64,000 nt of DNA from assembly GCA_963740315.1 (NCBI GenBank), contig CAVUDP010000004.1:480001-544000 (forward strand). The letters are read 5' to 3'. This stretch comes from an uncultured cyanobacterium (GTDB lineage Bacteria; Cyanobacteriota; Cyanobacteriia; Cyanobacteriales; Nostocaceae). Below the pieces are notes generated by a model. It was not told the origin of the DNA, ran no database searches, and worked only from the letters and a program-made list of their open reading frames with translations. Within the stretch, counting starts at the first letter, position 1. Each line of letters begins with the position of its first letter. Positions 1-11,493 of the stretch are shown here, one piece after another. Both the position numbers and the translations under genes were made by a program.

Positions 1-563
<563 letters not shown>

Positions 564-614
564 CTAAGCGAAACTAATAATATAGTGAAACCAATAATAT
601 TTATTTTTTTACTA

Positions 615-1484
615 TTATTTGCTTCTAATTTTTGATATAATTGTTCTTCCCGTCCGTTCTATTCTGTAATAAGATACTAGAGCTTTTTTGGCAGTACAAT
701 AATCTTTCATATATCGTTTTGCCTTTCCTTGAAAATGCAAAGAATTAAACTTGATTCCCTTGCCAGACTTAAGATGCTTGCAGTATGGTTTACCATCAAC
801 CCAATAAATATTTTTAATTCCATTACGCATTTCAAATTCATGTGAAGCATTTATATTAGCGTCATAAACGGAATTGTTGATAATATCAGATGTTTGAGCA
901 ATTTTATCAGAATTTCTTTGGTAGTACTGATTTAGTAAAGTCATGTCGCAAATACCACCAGGTCTAGATTTTTTATCTTCCCATAAAGTCTCTAAAATTT
1001 TGAATAAAGACGGATTTGTGTAAAAATTAATTACAAATTCGCAAAAATCTTCTATTCCTTTTAATTTGATAAATGAATTATGTCCAGAGCCTTTTTTAGA
1101 CAAAGTAAAATCAGAATGTGCAAATTTTTCTTGCTCTTCTGAAAGATTAGCATATAGCAGAATGTCAGAATCTATATGCACGCATTTTTCAATTTTATTT
1201 TTTTTCATAAAATCTCTTAAAATGAACCATCTTTGAAAGCAAAACATTTCATGTAGAAAATCATTGCTACTCATGTGTTTATCTGCATATATTTTTTCAA
1301 ATTCTTTAGCTCCCTCACAGTAAAAACTAAAATCTTCATGAGTGATAAATCTTAAAAATTTATTACTATAATCTCCCAACAAAAATATATCTGATTCAGG
1401 ATTATTTTTTTTTGCTTGAGCCAAGCTATATATTAGGTAAGGATGATTGCCGCGATGAAGAGTAACGATAGGAATAGACGACAT
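615..1484 (-). CDS. Putative GT-A fold glycosyltransferase / polysaccharide biosynthesis protein
   Basis: 289-aa ORF with FCFQRWF and a DxD motif (HIDSD); lies in the polysaccharide locus. Confidence 0.55.
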   Translation of the reverse strand: MSSIPIVTLHRGNHPYLIYSLAQAKKNNPESDIFLLGDYSNKFLRFITHEDFSFYCEGAKEFEKIYADKHMSSNDFLHEMFCFQRWFILRDFMKKNKIEKCVHIDSDILLYANLSEEQEKFAHSDFTLSKKGSGHNSFIKLKGIEDFCEFVINFYTNPSLFKILETLWEDKKSRPGGICDMTLLNQYYQRNSDKIAQTSDIINNSVYDANINASHEFEMRNGIKNIYWVDGKPYCKHLKSGKGIKFNSLHFQGKAKRYMKDYCTAKKALVSYYRIERTGRTIISKIRSK

Positions 1485-1771
1485 AGAATTATTTCCTAGA
1501 TTTTTTTATTCTGAGTTTTACTAATGAATCAACGACTATATTGTGATTTAAAATAATTTTGCTTTCAAGTTATTTTAATTGCATTCTTTTATAAAGTAGG
1601 AAAAGATTTGGTAAAGAAAGTATTAATTAATATGTGAAAAAATAAAAAAAATATATTTAACAATTGTCAGCAATGTTGATTTTTTGCATCTTGAACTATT
1701 TAAGTACGAACGGGAGCAACGTAAAAAGACGCTCTCATAGCAAAACCTTTTATAGATAAGCAAACTTAAGA

Positions 1772-2810
1772 TTAATTCTCACTCTTTTGAATAGATTCTA
1801 TTTCAGAAATCAGCTTGTTAGTATATACTTTGGCGGCAGAATAAACTAAATGGTCGGCATTTTCCATCTGCTCTTTAGGAAAAGTTATTGGCTCTCGGAT
1901 GTAATGTACTCTGTCACTTTTAGCAGCATAAGCACCGAGAGTATCTTGAAGCTGACTATAATAAGCTTTAAAATCCTTATCTTCGTAAAGTTTCTCATAT
2001 ATAGGACTGTTAGCTAAATAGATATTAAAATCATGCTTTTCTGCAAGACTTACTATGCGTTCTAAAGCTTTACTATTATTCTCTGAAAGCTTAAATTTAT
2101 TTTTTTTCGCGAACTCTATATTCGTCTTCTTCTGTGCTTCCACATACTCAGGGTTTGGTTTTTCCCAAATCATAAAGCCGTCTTCCTCAAGCCGTAAACT
2201 TTGGCTGCGATTAAACGTATCGTAAGGAAACTTTAATAATTCTGAAAGGCTTTTGTTTTCCGAATAAAGTGGGATGTATCGAATCGACAAACAATTGGGC
2301 AGTATCTTTGAGTCCCAAATCAACTCGTGGTTCTAGCTGCTGCCAGTAGCCCCAATTTAAAGGTATTTTAGCTAACAAAGAACGATTAACTTCACGACTC
2401 CAAGCATCGTGGACATGAACTATAAGAACGTTTTTGGGAACCCCAAATCGCTGTATATACTTCTCCAGCATCCACGCATCGTCTAAAGTCAACATATCCC
2501 CAATGGTACAAAGATTTATAGAATTAACATTGAGCTTTTCATCAACAATGCTTGGAACTACTCCTTGATTACAGCTAGAATCTCCCAGAATTAACCAGTC
2601 AACAGGCTTTTTTTGGTTGAGTAAAAGTTCCCATTTCTCGTTAATCAGCCAATAAGCACGATTAGTTGTATTTTCCTTTAAATACAGTTTGGCTGCAAAA
2701 TTAAAAAGAATAATAAAAATAAAAGTTCCTAGTAATGATAGTAGAAATTCTTTACTTTTTACTGGTGTGACAATTTCTTGTGGTAATTGTTGATTTTTAG
2801 GTTGCGCCAT
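1772..2810 (-). pseudogene. SGNH-like (AlgJ/DltD-type) acyltransferase partner, split by a +1 frameshift at ~2282-2283
   Basis: ORF 2211-2810 has an N-terminal TM and LILGDSS; ORF 1772-2323 has NADHL. Removing one T from GTCGATTCGATAC joins them as ...QLFVDRYIPLYSEN. May be an assembly error. Confidence 0.7.
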
Positions 2811-2856
2811 TGATTTTTATTTGGTATAAGTTGTTATTTTAGATTAAAATATTTGA

Positions 2857-4278
2857 TTAAAATTGGAAGTAAATAAATTCTCCTGCTTCGCGAGTTCCAA
2901 AAATACAAATCCAAATAATTAAAAAACTATATATTGGAACTCTAATTACAGGTTTTAATTTTGTTAAAATCAGTAGGTCACGAGTTACATACTGGTAAAT
3001 TTGAATTAAAAGCAGCGGTAAGCACAAAAATACCAAGTCATATCCCCAGAGTAAAGATTGGTTTGATATACCAAGTCCGATGTTAGAGAGCATATAGTAG
3101 ATTTGATTTATTGAACTTGAGCGAAAGATTAGCCAGCCAATATTTGTGAGGATAAACATTAGCAGCATCTTACCAAAGATACGCAGGTAAGAATATTTAC
3201 CGCACCAAGGATCTAAATGTTCTGGTTCTTTATCAAAAAGGCGATAGATAATCAGAATTAACCCTTGAAATGCTCCCCAAATAACAAAATTCCAAGCCGC
3301 TCCATGCCAAAGTCCACCCAAAAGCATAGTTAAAAACAGGTTACGGTAAGTGTTAAAGCTTCCTCGACGATTACCACCCAATGGTATATAAAGATAATCT
3401 CGCAACCAAGTTGATAGCGAAATATGCCATCGCAACCAAAAATCACTGGGATTGAGAGCAAAATATGGCAGCTTAAAATTCACCATTAATTCAAATCCCA
3501 TTAGCTTAGAAAGCCCTCGCGCAATATCGGAATAACCCGAAAAGTCTCCATATATTTGGATTGTAAAAGCAAGAATAGCGATCGCGATATCCAGTCCTTG
3601 ATATTGTGTATAATTATTAAATACTGAGTTAGCAATATTCGCCATATTATCGGCGATTACTAGTTTCTTAAAATATCCCCAAATAATTAGATAAATCCCA
3701 GCATTGATTTGTTCTAATTTCAAATATCGTGGTGAGATAATTTGGGGTATAAGAGTAGTTGCACGTTCTATGGGACCTGCTACTAACTGCGGGAAGAAGG
3801 AAACAAATAGAGCAAAATCAAGGAAACTATTAATCGGGTGTAAATTTCTTTTGTAAACATCGATGGTATAACTCATCGTTTGGAATGTATAGAAAGAAAT
3901 TCCTACTGGTAGCAGAACATTCAAAGTAACCCAGTCAATTTCCATTCCAAAAGCTTGAAATAAACCAGTAAAACTTTCTGCGAAGAAATTAAAATATTTG
4001 AAAAAACCTAGAAGAGATAAGTTAAAACAGATTGAAATAAACAATAGTAGTTTTCGCTTCCTTTCTTCTTCGGTATTTTGCAGTAATTTTCCTACAGTAA
4101 AATCAACTATTGTTGAAAGAGCAAGCAGTGAAGTAAAACGCCAATCCCAGTAACCGTAAAATATGTAGCTAGCAATTAATAGCACAATATTTTGTGCTTT
4201 ATAGTGATTTTTTAATAGCAGGTAAAGTGTATAAACAAGGATAAAAAATCCAACGAAGGTAAACGAATTAAATAACAA
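2857..4278 (-). CDS. MBOAT family O-acyltransferase (AlgI/DltB-like)
   Basis: LPVGISFYTFQ, FFPQLVAGPIER, DFSGYSDIA, FWLRWHISLSTWLRDYLYIPLGG, GLWHGA; TTG start. Confidence 0.92.
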   Translation of the reverse strand: MLFNSFTFVGFFILVYTLYLLLKNHYKAQNIVLLIASYIFYGYWDWRFTSLLALSTIVDFTVGKLLQNTEEERKRKLLLFISICFNLSLLGFFKYFNFFAESFTGLFQAFGMEIDWVTLNVLLPVGISFYTFQTMSYTIDVYKRNLHPINSFLDFALFVSFFPQLVAGPIERATTLIPQIISPRYLKLEQINAGIYLIIWGYFKKLVIADNMANIANSVFNNYTQYQGLDIAIAILAFTIQIYGDFSGYSDIARGLSKLMGFELMVNFKLPYFALNPSDFWLRWHISLSTWLRDYLYIPLGGNRRGSFNTYRNLFLTMLLGGLWHGAAWNFVIWGAFQGLILIIYRLFDKEPEHLDPWCGKYSYLRIFGKMLLMFILTNIGWLIFRSSSINQIYYMLSNIGLGISNQSLLWGYDLVFLCLPLLLIQIYQYVTRDLLILTKLKPVIRVPIYSFLIIWICIFGTREAGEFIYFQF

Positions 4279-4405
4279 ATTAGATTTTCCTTTTTGATGC
4301 TTAGTATTTTTTGATGCTAAATATTAACAATTTAATTTATTTTTTAATATAAAATTTACGATTAAATAAATGATTTAATCTTTAAATTTAGCAACCAAAC
4401 TAGAT

Positions 4406-5389
4406 TTATAAATTTAAATATGGCTTTATTAGCTCTATCAATTTTAGCGTGCGAAGTTTGACTCCGCGATCGTGAAGATGATAGTTGCTATCATAAAACA
4501 TAGATTTATCGAACATAAAATCCTCTGCTTTACCAATCACGGAAACATTATTGTTTGCATAGAATTTCCCGATACTATCTAAAAATGTCTGTTGCTTTTC
4601 TTGTTTATAAATATCAAAATAAGTAGTGTTAGGATAACTAGCTAATACTTTAATATTATTTTGTTTGCACCAATTGATAAATTTAGTTATACTTTGTATC
4701 GCTTTATTGTTTATATTTATAGAATCCCAATGTTCTACCCCACCCAAAGGTAATATTGTAGCTTGTTGTTTTAATAATTCTTTCGTCATGTTAGCTTCAA
4801 TATTATCGATGTTATCTCCATATTCGTTATGAGTCTTTTGAAAATTATTTTTAGTTGTCTCAATATTTTGGAGCGGGTGAAATTTTGCTAATATTCCCTC
4901 TTTTAATCGCTGTAAAGAGATGCTGCTCAAAAATTGAACTTTAGTTTTGAAGTCAAGCGATAATAAATACTCTAAGTCATGAGACATTACATAATCAATT
5001 ACTTTAACATTAGGTCTATTATTAGTATTGTAATAATAATATTCTAAAGCCAGAAGCGCTGTATCTCCAGGCTTGAGCCATTTTTTAGGCATATTAAGAA
5101 TATAATCAACACTCATATCAGCAATAGTACCTCCATTAAAACAAGGAATTCCTGTTTGCTCTACAATTAACTTACAACTAATACCAATACGTGCGCTTGA
5201 GCCTCCAATTATTGCTAATTTTGGTGAATTGATAGAATTAGCAACTTTGGTTTTAAAATTATATAATTCTGACCGTTCTAAAGAACTTTGTGTAGGAACT
5301 CCTAATTGAAAGATAACAGCAAAAGCGAAAGCAAAACAACCAAATAAAAAACCTAAAGATATTCCCTTTAAAAAGCTCTTATAGTTCAT
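4406..5389 (-). CDS. SGNH-like membrane-anchored protein, partner of the upstream MBOAT
   Basis: N-terminal TM, IIGGSS and C-terminal DSNYHL; starts 15 bp after the MBOAT gene. Confidence 0.6.
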   Translation of the reverse strand: MNYKSFLKGISLGFLFGCFAFAFAVIFQLGVPTQSSLERSELYNFKTKVANSINSPKLAIIGGSSARIGISCKLIVEQTGIPCFNGGTIADMSVDYILNMPKKWLKPGDTALLALEYYYYNTNNRPNVKVIDYVMSHDLEYLLSLDFKTKVQFLSSISLQRLKEGILAKFHPLQNIETTKNNFQKTHNEYGDNIDNIEANMTKELLKQQATILPLGGVEHWDSININNKAIQSITKFINWCKQNNIKVLASYPNTTYFDIYKQEKQQTFLDSIGKFYANNNVSVIGKAEDFMFDKSMFYDSNYHLHDRGVKLRTLKLIELIKPYLNL

Positions 5390-5404
5390 AATTTGTGTAA
5401 ATCC

Positions 5405-6922
5405 TTAAAAGTTAAAATATAAAAATTCGCTTTCTGGAGCTTGAATCAGCATCTTAACTACAGCAAATATTCCTAAACCAAATATAATTCCTCCAATAAT
5501 ATTTGGCTGCCAGCAATAATTTTTAAGTTCAATCACCAAGTTTTTTTTATGTCTCTTTGTTCCAGATTTGCTATATATTTGGAAATAAGATGATACTAAT
5601 TGATTAGTGTTGGGTAAACACCAAATAATAATACCTAAAAAGATTAACTGTCCGATAAATTCAAATCCATTTTTTGATAAAACATTAAGCGATAAAGAAA
5701 TACCATTTTTTCCGCACATTGCTCCTAACATGGCAAAAGCAGCATTCATATTCTCCGCTCTGAAAAATACCCATGCGAGTGCAACCGCTAAAAAAGTTAG
5801 CACACAGCCTAATGCTTGATTCCACCAAGAATCAGATTGCAAATTGTGTCCTAAAGATTTTCGTAAAGCACGCCATTGATGATTGACTATTAAATAAAAC
5901 CCATGCAAACCTCCCCACACAATAAAAGTCCAACCAGCACCATGCCAAAGCCCTCCTAATAACATAGTTATCATTAAGTTAAGATTACGTTTTAGTTTTC
6001 CCTGACGATTCCCACCCAAAGGAATATAAAGATAATCTCGTAGAAAGTTAGAAAGAGTAATATGCCAGCGCCGCCAAAAATCGCTTATACTAATTGCTTT
6101 ATAAGGAGAATTAAAGTTATCTGGCAGCTTAATTCCAAACATTCTGCTTATGCCAATTGCCATATCTGAATAACCAGAGAAATCAAAGTAAAGCTGAAAC
6201 GTATAGGCGAATGTCCCCAGCCAAGCATCTAAAAAACTAAGTCCACCCCCAGCAGCAGCATCAAATGTTTGGTTGGCAACCCCAGCGACGATACTATCTG
6301 CTAGTAAAACTTTTTTGAATAAACCTAGAAAAAAAAAGGTTAAACCCACGGCGATATTTTTGGAATTGAAACAACTAATAAATTTATTAGTAAATTGAGG
6401 AATAATTTCCTTATGGTGAACAATTGGTCCTGCAATTAATTGAGGAAAAAAGGAAACAAATAAACTATAATGTAAAAGACTATATTCTTTTGTTTCTCCT
6501 CGATAACTATCTATTATGTAGGCTATTTGTTGAAAAGTAAAAAAAGAAATACCTAAAGGAAGAATAATCTGATGATGGGAAAAGTTTGTATTAATAATCG
6601 CGTTTAGATTATCAATAAAAAAGTTTGTGTATTTAAAATAAGCAATTAACGCCAAATTAATAGCAATTCCTAGAATTAAGATATTTTTCTTAATAATTGG
6701 TTTGTTCGAGTCTTTACTCAAAAAAAATCCAATACAGTAGTTTAGTAAAATCGAAAATACCAGCAAGCCAAGATATTTAGGATTCCACCAAGCATAGAAA
6801 AAAAGCGAAGTTGCAACACAGCAAATTATCCATTGAGAAAAAAATGTTTTACTGGTGAAGAAATACGATAACAAATTAAGTGGGAGAAACAGGAGAATGA
6901 ATTCAATTGAATGGAATAACAT
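5405..6922 (-). CDS. MBOAT family O-acyltransferase (AlgI-like)
   Basis: LPLGISFFTFQQ, FFPQLIAGPIVHH, FWRRWHITLSNFLRDYLYIPLGG, GLWHGA, C-terminal FLYFNF. Confidence 0.92.
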   Translation of the reverse strand: MLFHSIEFILLFLPLNLLSYFFTSKTFFSQWIICCVATSLFFYAWWNPKYLGLLVFSILLNYCIGFFLSKDSNKPIIKKNILILGIAINLALIAYFKYTNFFIDNLNAIINTNFSHHQIILPLGISFFTFQQIAYIIDSYRGETKEYSLLHYSLFVSFFPQLIAGPIVHHKEIIPQFTNKFISCFNSKNIAVGLTFFFLGLFKKVLLADSIVAGVANQTFDAAAGGGLSFLDAWLGTFAYTFQLYFDFSGYSDMAIGISRMFGIKLPDNFNSPYKAISISDFWRRWHITLSNFLRDYLYIPLGGNRQGKLKRNLNLMITMLLGGLWHGAGWTFIVWGGLHGFYLIVNHQWRALRKSLGHNLQSDSWWNQALGCVLTFLAVALAWVFFRAENMNAAFAMLGAMCGKNGISLSLNVLSKNGFEFIGQLIFLGIIIWCLPNTNQLVSSYFQIYSKSGTKRHKKNLVIELKNYCWQPNIIGGIIFGLGIFAVVKMLIQAPESEFLYFNF

Positions 6923-6957
6923 CTGATAACTTAAAAATAAGATAAAGTTTTGACGAA

Positions 6958-7878
6958 TTAGTGACGGAAATAACTTTTACGGTAAAAATAAAAGTAGATA
7001 GAAAAAAGATTAGTAGCCTTTTTCCATTTCGGAATTTGAGATTGCTTAACTATAGACTTATAAATCTGAAATTCTTCTTGATTCGGTTTAGAAATTGTTT
7101 TGAATTCAAGATGAGCAAATCGATCTAAGTCATCTGGATGATTCGTTTTTTCGGAAAAAAAGGAAAATAAACGAGTAATAGCTTGATCGTATCGCTCTAA
7201 ATATTCAGATGTCCTTTTTTCTTTGCGTCCGTAATGATTATTACTACCATGCGCTCGATATTTTACTAAAGGTTGAGCAAGATAAGATTTTCTTGCTTCT
7301 ACTATTGAAGCTCCGAAAACTAAGCAATCATCAGCACGAGCGCGCCAATCTTCAAGATAAGGAATTGGTAAAAATTTCTCTAGTACACTCCTACGCATTG
7401 AAAGAGTAGATGTCCGATTACCTACCCATACTTTTTTATAGATAGCAGCAATTTTAGAATAGCCAAGATCGCGATTATTTTCGTAACAATTAGCAATTCT
7501 TTCTTCATTACCAAATATCTCAACACCACAAAACAAAAAATCAAACTTTGGATTCTCTTGATAAAATTTAACTACTTCTAGAATGTAATTTTCTTTATAC
7601 AGGTCATCAGCATCTAGAAAACAGATAATATCTCCTCTAGAAGCTAAAAAGCCCTCGTTAAAACTTGAAAGCTGTCCTTCATTTCAATCTTTAAGTATCA
7701 GCTTAACAATTTCGTGGTTTGAGAATTTTTCTTGCAATATTTGTGCTGAATTGTCTGTTGATTTATCATCAACAACAATAATTTCATCTACAGGATGAGA
7801 TTGGTTTAAAACACTCTCAATTGCATCAACAACATAGTCTTGATAGTTGTAGTTGTTGATAAGAACGGAAATTATCAT
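6958..7878 (-). pseudogene. GT2 glycosyltransferase interrupted by one in-frame TGA (7684-7686)
   Basis: ISVLINNYNY...VVDDKSTD...LILKD*NEGQLSSFNEGF...CFLDADD continues in the same frame into ORF 6958-7536; 921 bp in total. Confidence 0.85.
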
Positions 7879-7947
7879 GCAAAAAACCTTAGCTTAAAGA
7901 TATAAATTTGATTATTTTTTAGTTGACGAAAATATATATCAAAATAT

Positions 7948-8598
7948 TCATTTTTTATTTGAGCCTGAACGTCGATACCAGGTAGCTCCCAAAATTAGCA
8001 CTCCTATCAAACTCAATGCTCCTATCAATGGCAAGATATCTCCGGTTCTTAATGCCTTTAAGCCAGAACTACCTAATAACACAAAAGGTAAAACACCGGG
8101 TATAGTACCTAGTACTGTACCTAGAAAATAATCTTTGAAGCTTACTGAAGTTAAACCAGCCACAAAGTTAACTAAACCATAGGGAATTATTGGCAGTAAT
8201 CGAATCGCAAATATGTAAAAGACTCCTCCTCGAAGTAGTTCAGCATCCATTGCTCGACAACTACTAGCAAACTTTTTCACTAATGCTTTACGCGCAAAAC
8301 TACGACTATAGGTAAAAGATACCATTGCGGCAGTTATTGCAGCAATACTAGTCCAAAGAGTACCAAACCATAGACCAAAAATTGCTCCTCCGGTTAAATT
8401 AAGTGCTGTTGAAGGCAGTACTAACACCGTTGCGACAATATAGAGAACTATATATACAGCAGGTGCCCAAATGCCAGCCTGTCTTAGCCATTCCTGAAGT
8501 TGCTCTGGCTTGATGCCTCCAAGTAAATGCATAACCAAAGCAGTTAAGAAAAAGCAAACAAATGTCAACAAGAAAACAAAACGCTTAGAACTGAGCAT
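7948..8598 (-). CDS. DedA/VTT (TVP38/TMEM64) family membrane protein
   Basis: LPSTALNLTGGAIFG and IRLLPIIPYGLVNFVAG motifs; hydrophobic. Confidence 0.88.
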   Translation of the reverse strand: MLSSKRFVFLLTFVCFFLTALVMHLLGGIKPEQLQEWLRQAGIWAPAVYIVLYIVATVLVLPSTALNLTGGAIFGLWFGTLWTSIAAITAAMVSFTYSRSFARKALVKKFASSCRAMDAELLRGGVFYIFAIRLLPIIPYGLVNFVAGLTSVSFKDYFLGTVLGTIPGVLPFVLLGSSGLKALRTGDILPLIGALSLIGVLILGATWYRRSGSNKK

Positions 8599-8675
8599 TA
8601 GCCCTACCTGTCTAATCAGACATTACATTTATCTTTAAAAAAAGTAAGTTATTCGCAATACATTGGTAATTAATT

Positions 8676-9701
8676 TTACCTATCTGGATTAACTATTATT
8701 GAGGTGGACACTTTTTCACTTAGTTGAAAATCACCATACAATTCAGCTTTTTGCTTAAAACCGTAAACTTCCCGAACTAAATAAAGAGGTCTATTTTTTA
8801 CTTCTTCAAAAATACGACCTATGTATTCACCAATTATCCCTAAAGTTAGTAATTGCACTCCTCCTAAAAATAGTATGGCTACCATTAAGGAGGCGTAGCC
8901 AGGAACATCAATCCCAAAGAGTAAAGTCCGAACTATTAAAACCCCCGCATAAAGGAATGCTGTTAGAGAAAATATCACGCCAATATAACTCCAAACCTTT
9001 AAAGGTAGAAGACTAAATGAAGTAATACCGTCAATCGCAAAATTCCAAAGTCGCCAATAGTTCCATTTGGTAGTTCCCTTATAACGGTTAGGGCGATCGT
9101 AAAAGATGGAAGTTTGTTTGAAACCAACCCAAGAAAATATGCCTTTCATAAAACGTGTTTTTTCAGGCATTTGCTTGACAGCTTCAACTGCACGCCGATC
9201 GAGCAAACGAAAATCTCCGGTATTCGGTGGAATTTGTACGTGACCTATTCGACCGATAATTTTGTAGAAAATATTGGCAGTAAAACGCTTAATCCAACTA
9301 TCACCCTGACGAGAACGACGAGTTCCATAAACAACATCGTAGCCTTCATGCCATTTGTCAATCATTTCCCCGATCAGTTCGGGCGGATCTTGCAAATCGG
9401 CATCAATTGGGATGATAGCAGCACCATTCGCGAAATCAATACCAGCACTTAGAGCAGCCTCTTTACCAAAATTACGAGATAGATTAATAACTTTGATTAC
9501 CGGATTCGAGTAATGGTGCTGGATCAAACACTTGAGGGTATTATCTTTACTGCCATCATTTATACAAATGATTTCGTATTTGATATTTAGTTTATCCAGT
9601 GTTGTTGTTAAACGTTCAAATAGGTAATCAAGATTTGATTCTTCATTGTATACAGGAATAACTACGGAAATTTCAACATCTTTTTCTGAATTAGATACCA
9701 T
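8676..9701 (-). CDS. GtrB-like polyprenyl-phosphate glycosyltransferase (GT2)
   Basis: VVIPVYNEE, NDGSKD, LSRNFGKEAALSAG, IDADLQDPPELI, GDFRLLDR, two C-terminal TMs, GEYIGRIFEEVKNRPLY. Confidence 0.92.
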   Translation of the reverse strand: MVSNSEKDVEISVVIPVYNEESNLDYLFERLTTTLDKLNIKYEIICINDGSKDNTLKCLIQHHYSNPVIKVINLSRNFGKEAALSAGIDFANGAAIIPIDADLQDPPELIGEMIDKWHEGYDVVYGTRRSRQGDSWIKRFTANIFYKIIGRIGHVQIPPNTGDFRLLDRRAVEAVKQMPEKTRFMKGIFSWVGFKQTSIFYDRPNRYKGTTKWNYWRLWNFAIDGITSFSLLPLKVWSYIGVIFSLTAFLYAGVLIVRTLLFGIDVPGYASLMVAILFLGGVQLLTLGIIGEYIGRIFEEVKNRPLYLVREVYGFKQKAELYGDFQLSEKVSTSIIVNPDR

Positions 9702-9815
9702 AATAAATAACGAATTGTTACTGTTGTCAAAAAATAAAGACAGATTAGATTTAGAGAATAAATTCCAAAATTCACGTACATTGAATACACCCTTAAAAAA
9801 TAACTACTAGCAGCC

Positions 9816-11384
9816 TTATACAGAACGTTCTAAATACCAAAGTTTATTTTTATATGCTGGTTTTAGTTTGTATTTTTTTTCTAGTTGGCGTTTTACGGAT
9901 TCTGGTGTCTTGTATAAAAACACATTTCTGAATTCTGTAGGAATTTCTGGTAAATTCGGCTCAATAATTAATTGAAGTTTGACTTTTGGGTCTAATAAGT
10001 GACTTATCACCATAATGTCACCAAAAGTACTACCACCATCGTTAGAAATTTCCCCGCTGACTACTAATGGCATATCTGCTTGATTAATAATCTTAACCAT
10101 TTCTCGATCTTCAATAATGCGTGGATTAAGTAATTGAATTACACCAGACAAAACCGCTACTGCCATTAGCGTGAGTGTAAGCATTCTCAATTGTTTTTGC
10201 AACCCAAATTTGATTTTTGTGGAAGTGAATCCAATAGATAACAAGTAAGCAACAGCGAGTTGGCTTCCCAAGTAAGACGGAACAAAATAACGAGCATTAG
10301 TTGAACGTATTCCGCCAGAAACTATATCTGCCAAGCTTAAACTAACTAAAATTGGTATAATTAATGTAACAACAAATAGCCATTCGTGGTGAGAACTTCG
10401 TCGCCACAGTACATAAATTGAGTACCCCACTAGAAGTGTCATAGCAAAAGCTATCAAAGTTTTGAGAGAACCTGGAAGCCAAAAATTAGTTTCAAAAAAG
10501 ACAGATTGCAGATTAAATATCCAGCGTTTGACTAAATCTTTTACAGGTAGTGACGTATCCATCCAGGCTGTTACTTGCTTGATTTTGTCCAAATGCGTCA
10601 AAATTACTAAAATCCAGGGCAAAAAAGCCACAACTGCAATAAATGATGTTAGTAAATAGGCAATCAATTTTCGACTCAGCCGGAATCCCTCAGTGGCAAC
10701 TACATAAATGAAGTGACCTAACATAACAAATACAGAAAATACAGCAGAATAAAGCGCTACTACTGTAGTTACTGCATAAATTATCCATGCCGATTTTGTG
10801 TCTAATCTCATTGCTCGCAGTAACGACACGCTCATTAGCAAAGTTGTTACCGCCCACAAGCCATACTCCCGCATTTCTTGTGCATAATTTATGTGGAAAG
10901 GAGAGACAGCAGTTAATCCTACTGCTATCCATGCTGTTAGATGTGACCGGAAAAGTTCCAAGCAAAGCCAGTAGATAAAAGGAAATACGAATAAGCTAAT
11001 TAGAACAGGTAAAATCCTATTTGTAGTTAGAGAATCACCGAACCACTGGCTCCAAAACCTTGTCATTACAAAGTAAATGGGTGGGTGATGTTGATCCTCT
11101 TTTACCAAACCATTTATTGTGCCAATTAAGTTTTTTTCCGAATTGACAGTTTGATACTGTCTTAGCTCTTCAACTCCAATTACACCACCATTAAAGACTT
11201 CTTGAGTAACCTCCGGTACTGTATAGCCAGAAGTACGTAATAAAGTATAAGTTTCATCATGCCAATAAGCTCTTTGTTCGAGATTGGCAAATCGAAAAAA
11301 TACACCTAATATTAATAGACTGATAATCAGAATTCTTAACCAAGTTGGAGGGAGTTCCCACCTTTGTTTTAATGTTTTTTTCAT
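9816..11384 (-). CDS. GT39/ArnT-like (GT-C fold) membrane glycosyltransferase
   Basis: YWHDE, HPPIYF, YAQEMREY motifs; multi-TM. Confidence 0.85.
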   Translation of the reverse strand: MKKTLKQRWELPPTWLRILIISLLILGVFFRFANLEQRAYWHDETYTLLRTSGYTVPEVTQEVFNGGVIGVEELRQYQTVNSEKNLIGTINGLVKEDQHHPPIYFVMTRFWSQWFGDSLTTNRILPVLISLFVFPFIYWLCLELFRSHLTAWIAVGLTAVSPFHINYAQEMREYGLWAVTTLLMSVSLLRAMRLDTKSAWIIYAVTTVVALYSAVFSVFVMLGHFIYVVATEGFRLSRKLIAYLLTSFIAVVAFLPWILVILTHLDKIKQVTAWMDTSLPVKDLVKRWIFNLQSVFFETNFWLPGSLKTLIAFAMTLLVGYSIYVLWRRSSHHEWLFVVTLIIPILVSLSLADIVSGGIRSTNARYFVPSYLGSQLAVAYLLSIGFTSTKIKFGLQKQLRMLTLTLMAVAVLSGVIQLLNPRIIEDREMVKIINQADMPLVVSGEISNDGGSTFGDIMVISHLLDPKVKLQLIIEPNLPEIPTEFRNVFLYKTPESVKRQLEKKYKLKPAYKNKLWYLERSV

Positions 11385-11493
11385 ATTGCGTGGATATCTA
11401 TATACACGCTTTAAGTATCAAATAAAATCTTACTGAAAAAAAGAATCATTTTATACCTTAATCATGAACTTTTGAAGTAATCAAATGAAGCAA

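Noticed and set aside
7684..7686. Selenocysteine recoding of the GT2 TGA
   Set aside because: Not a catalytic Cys position, and no obvious SECIS-like hairpin directly downstream.
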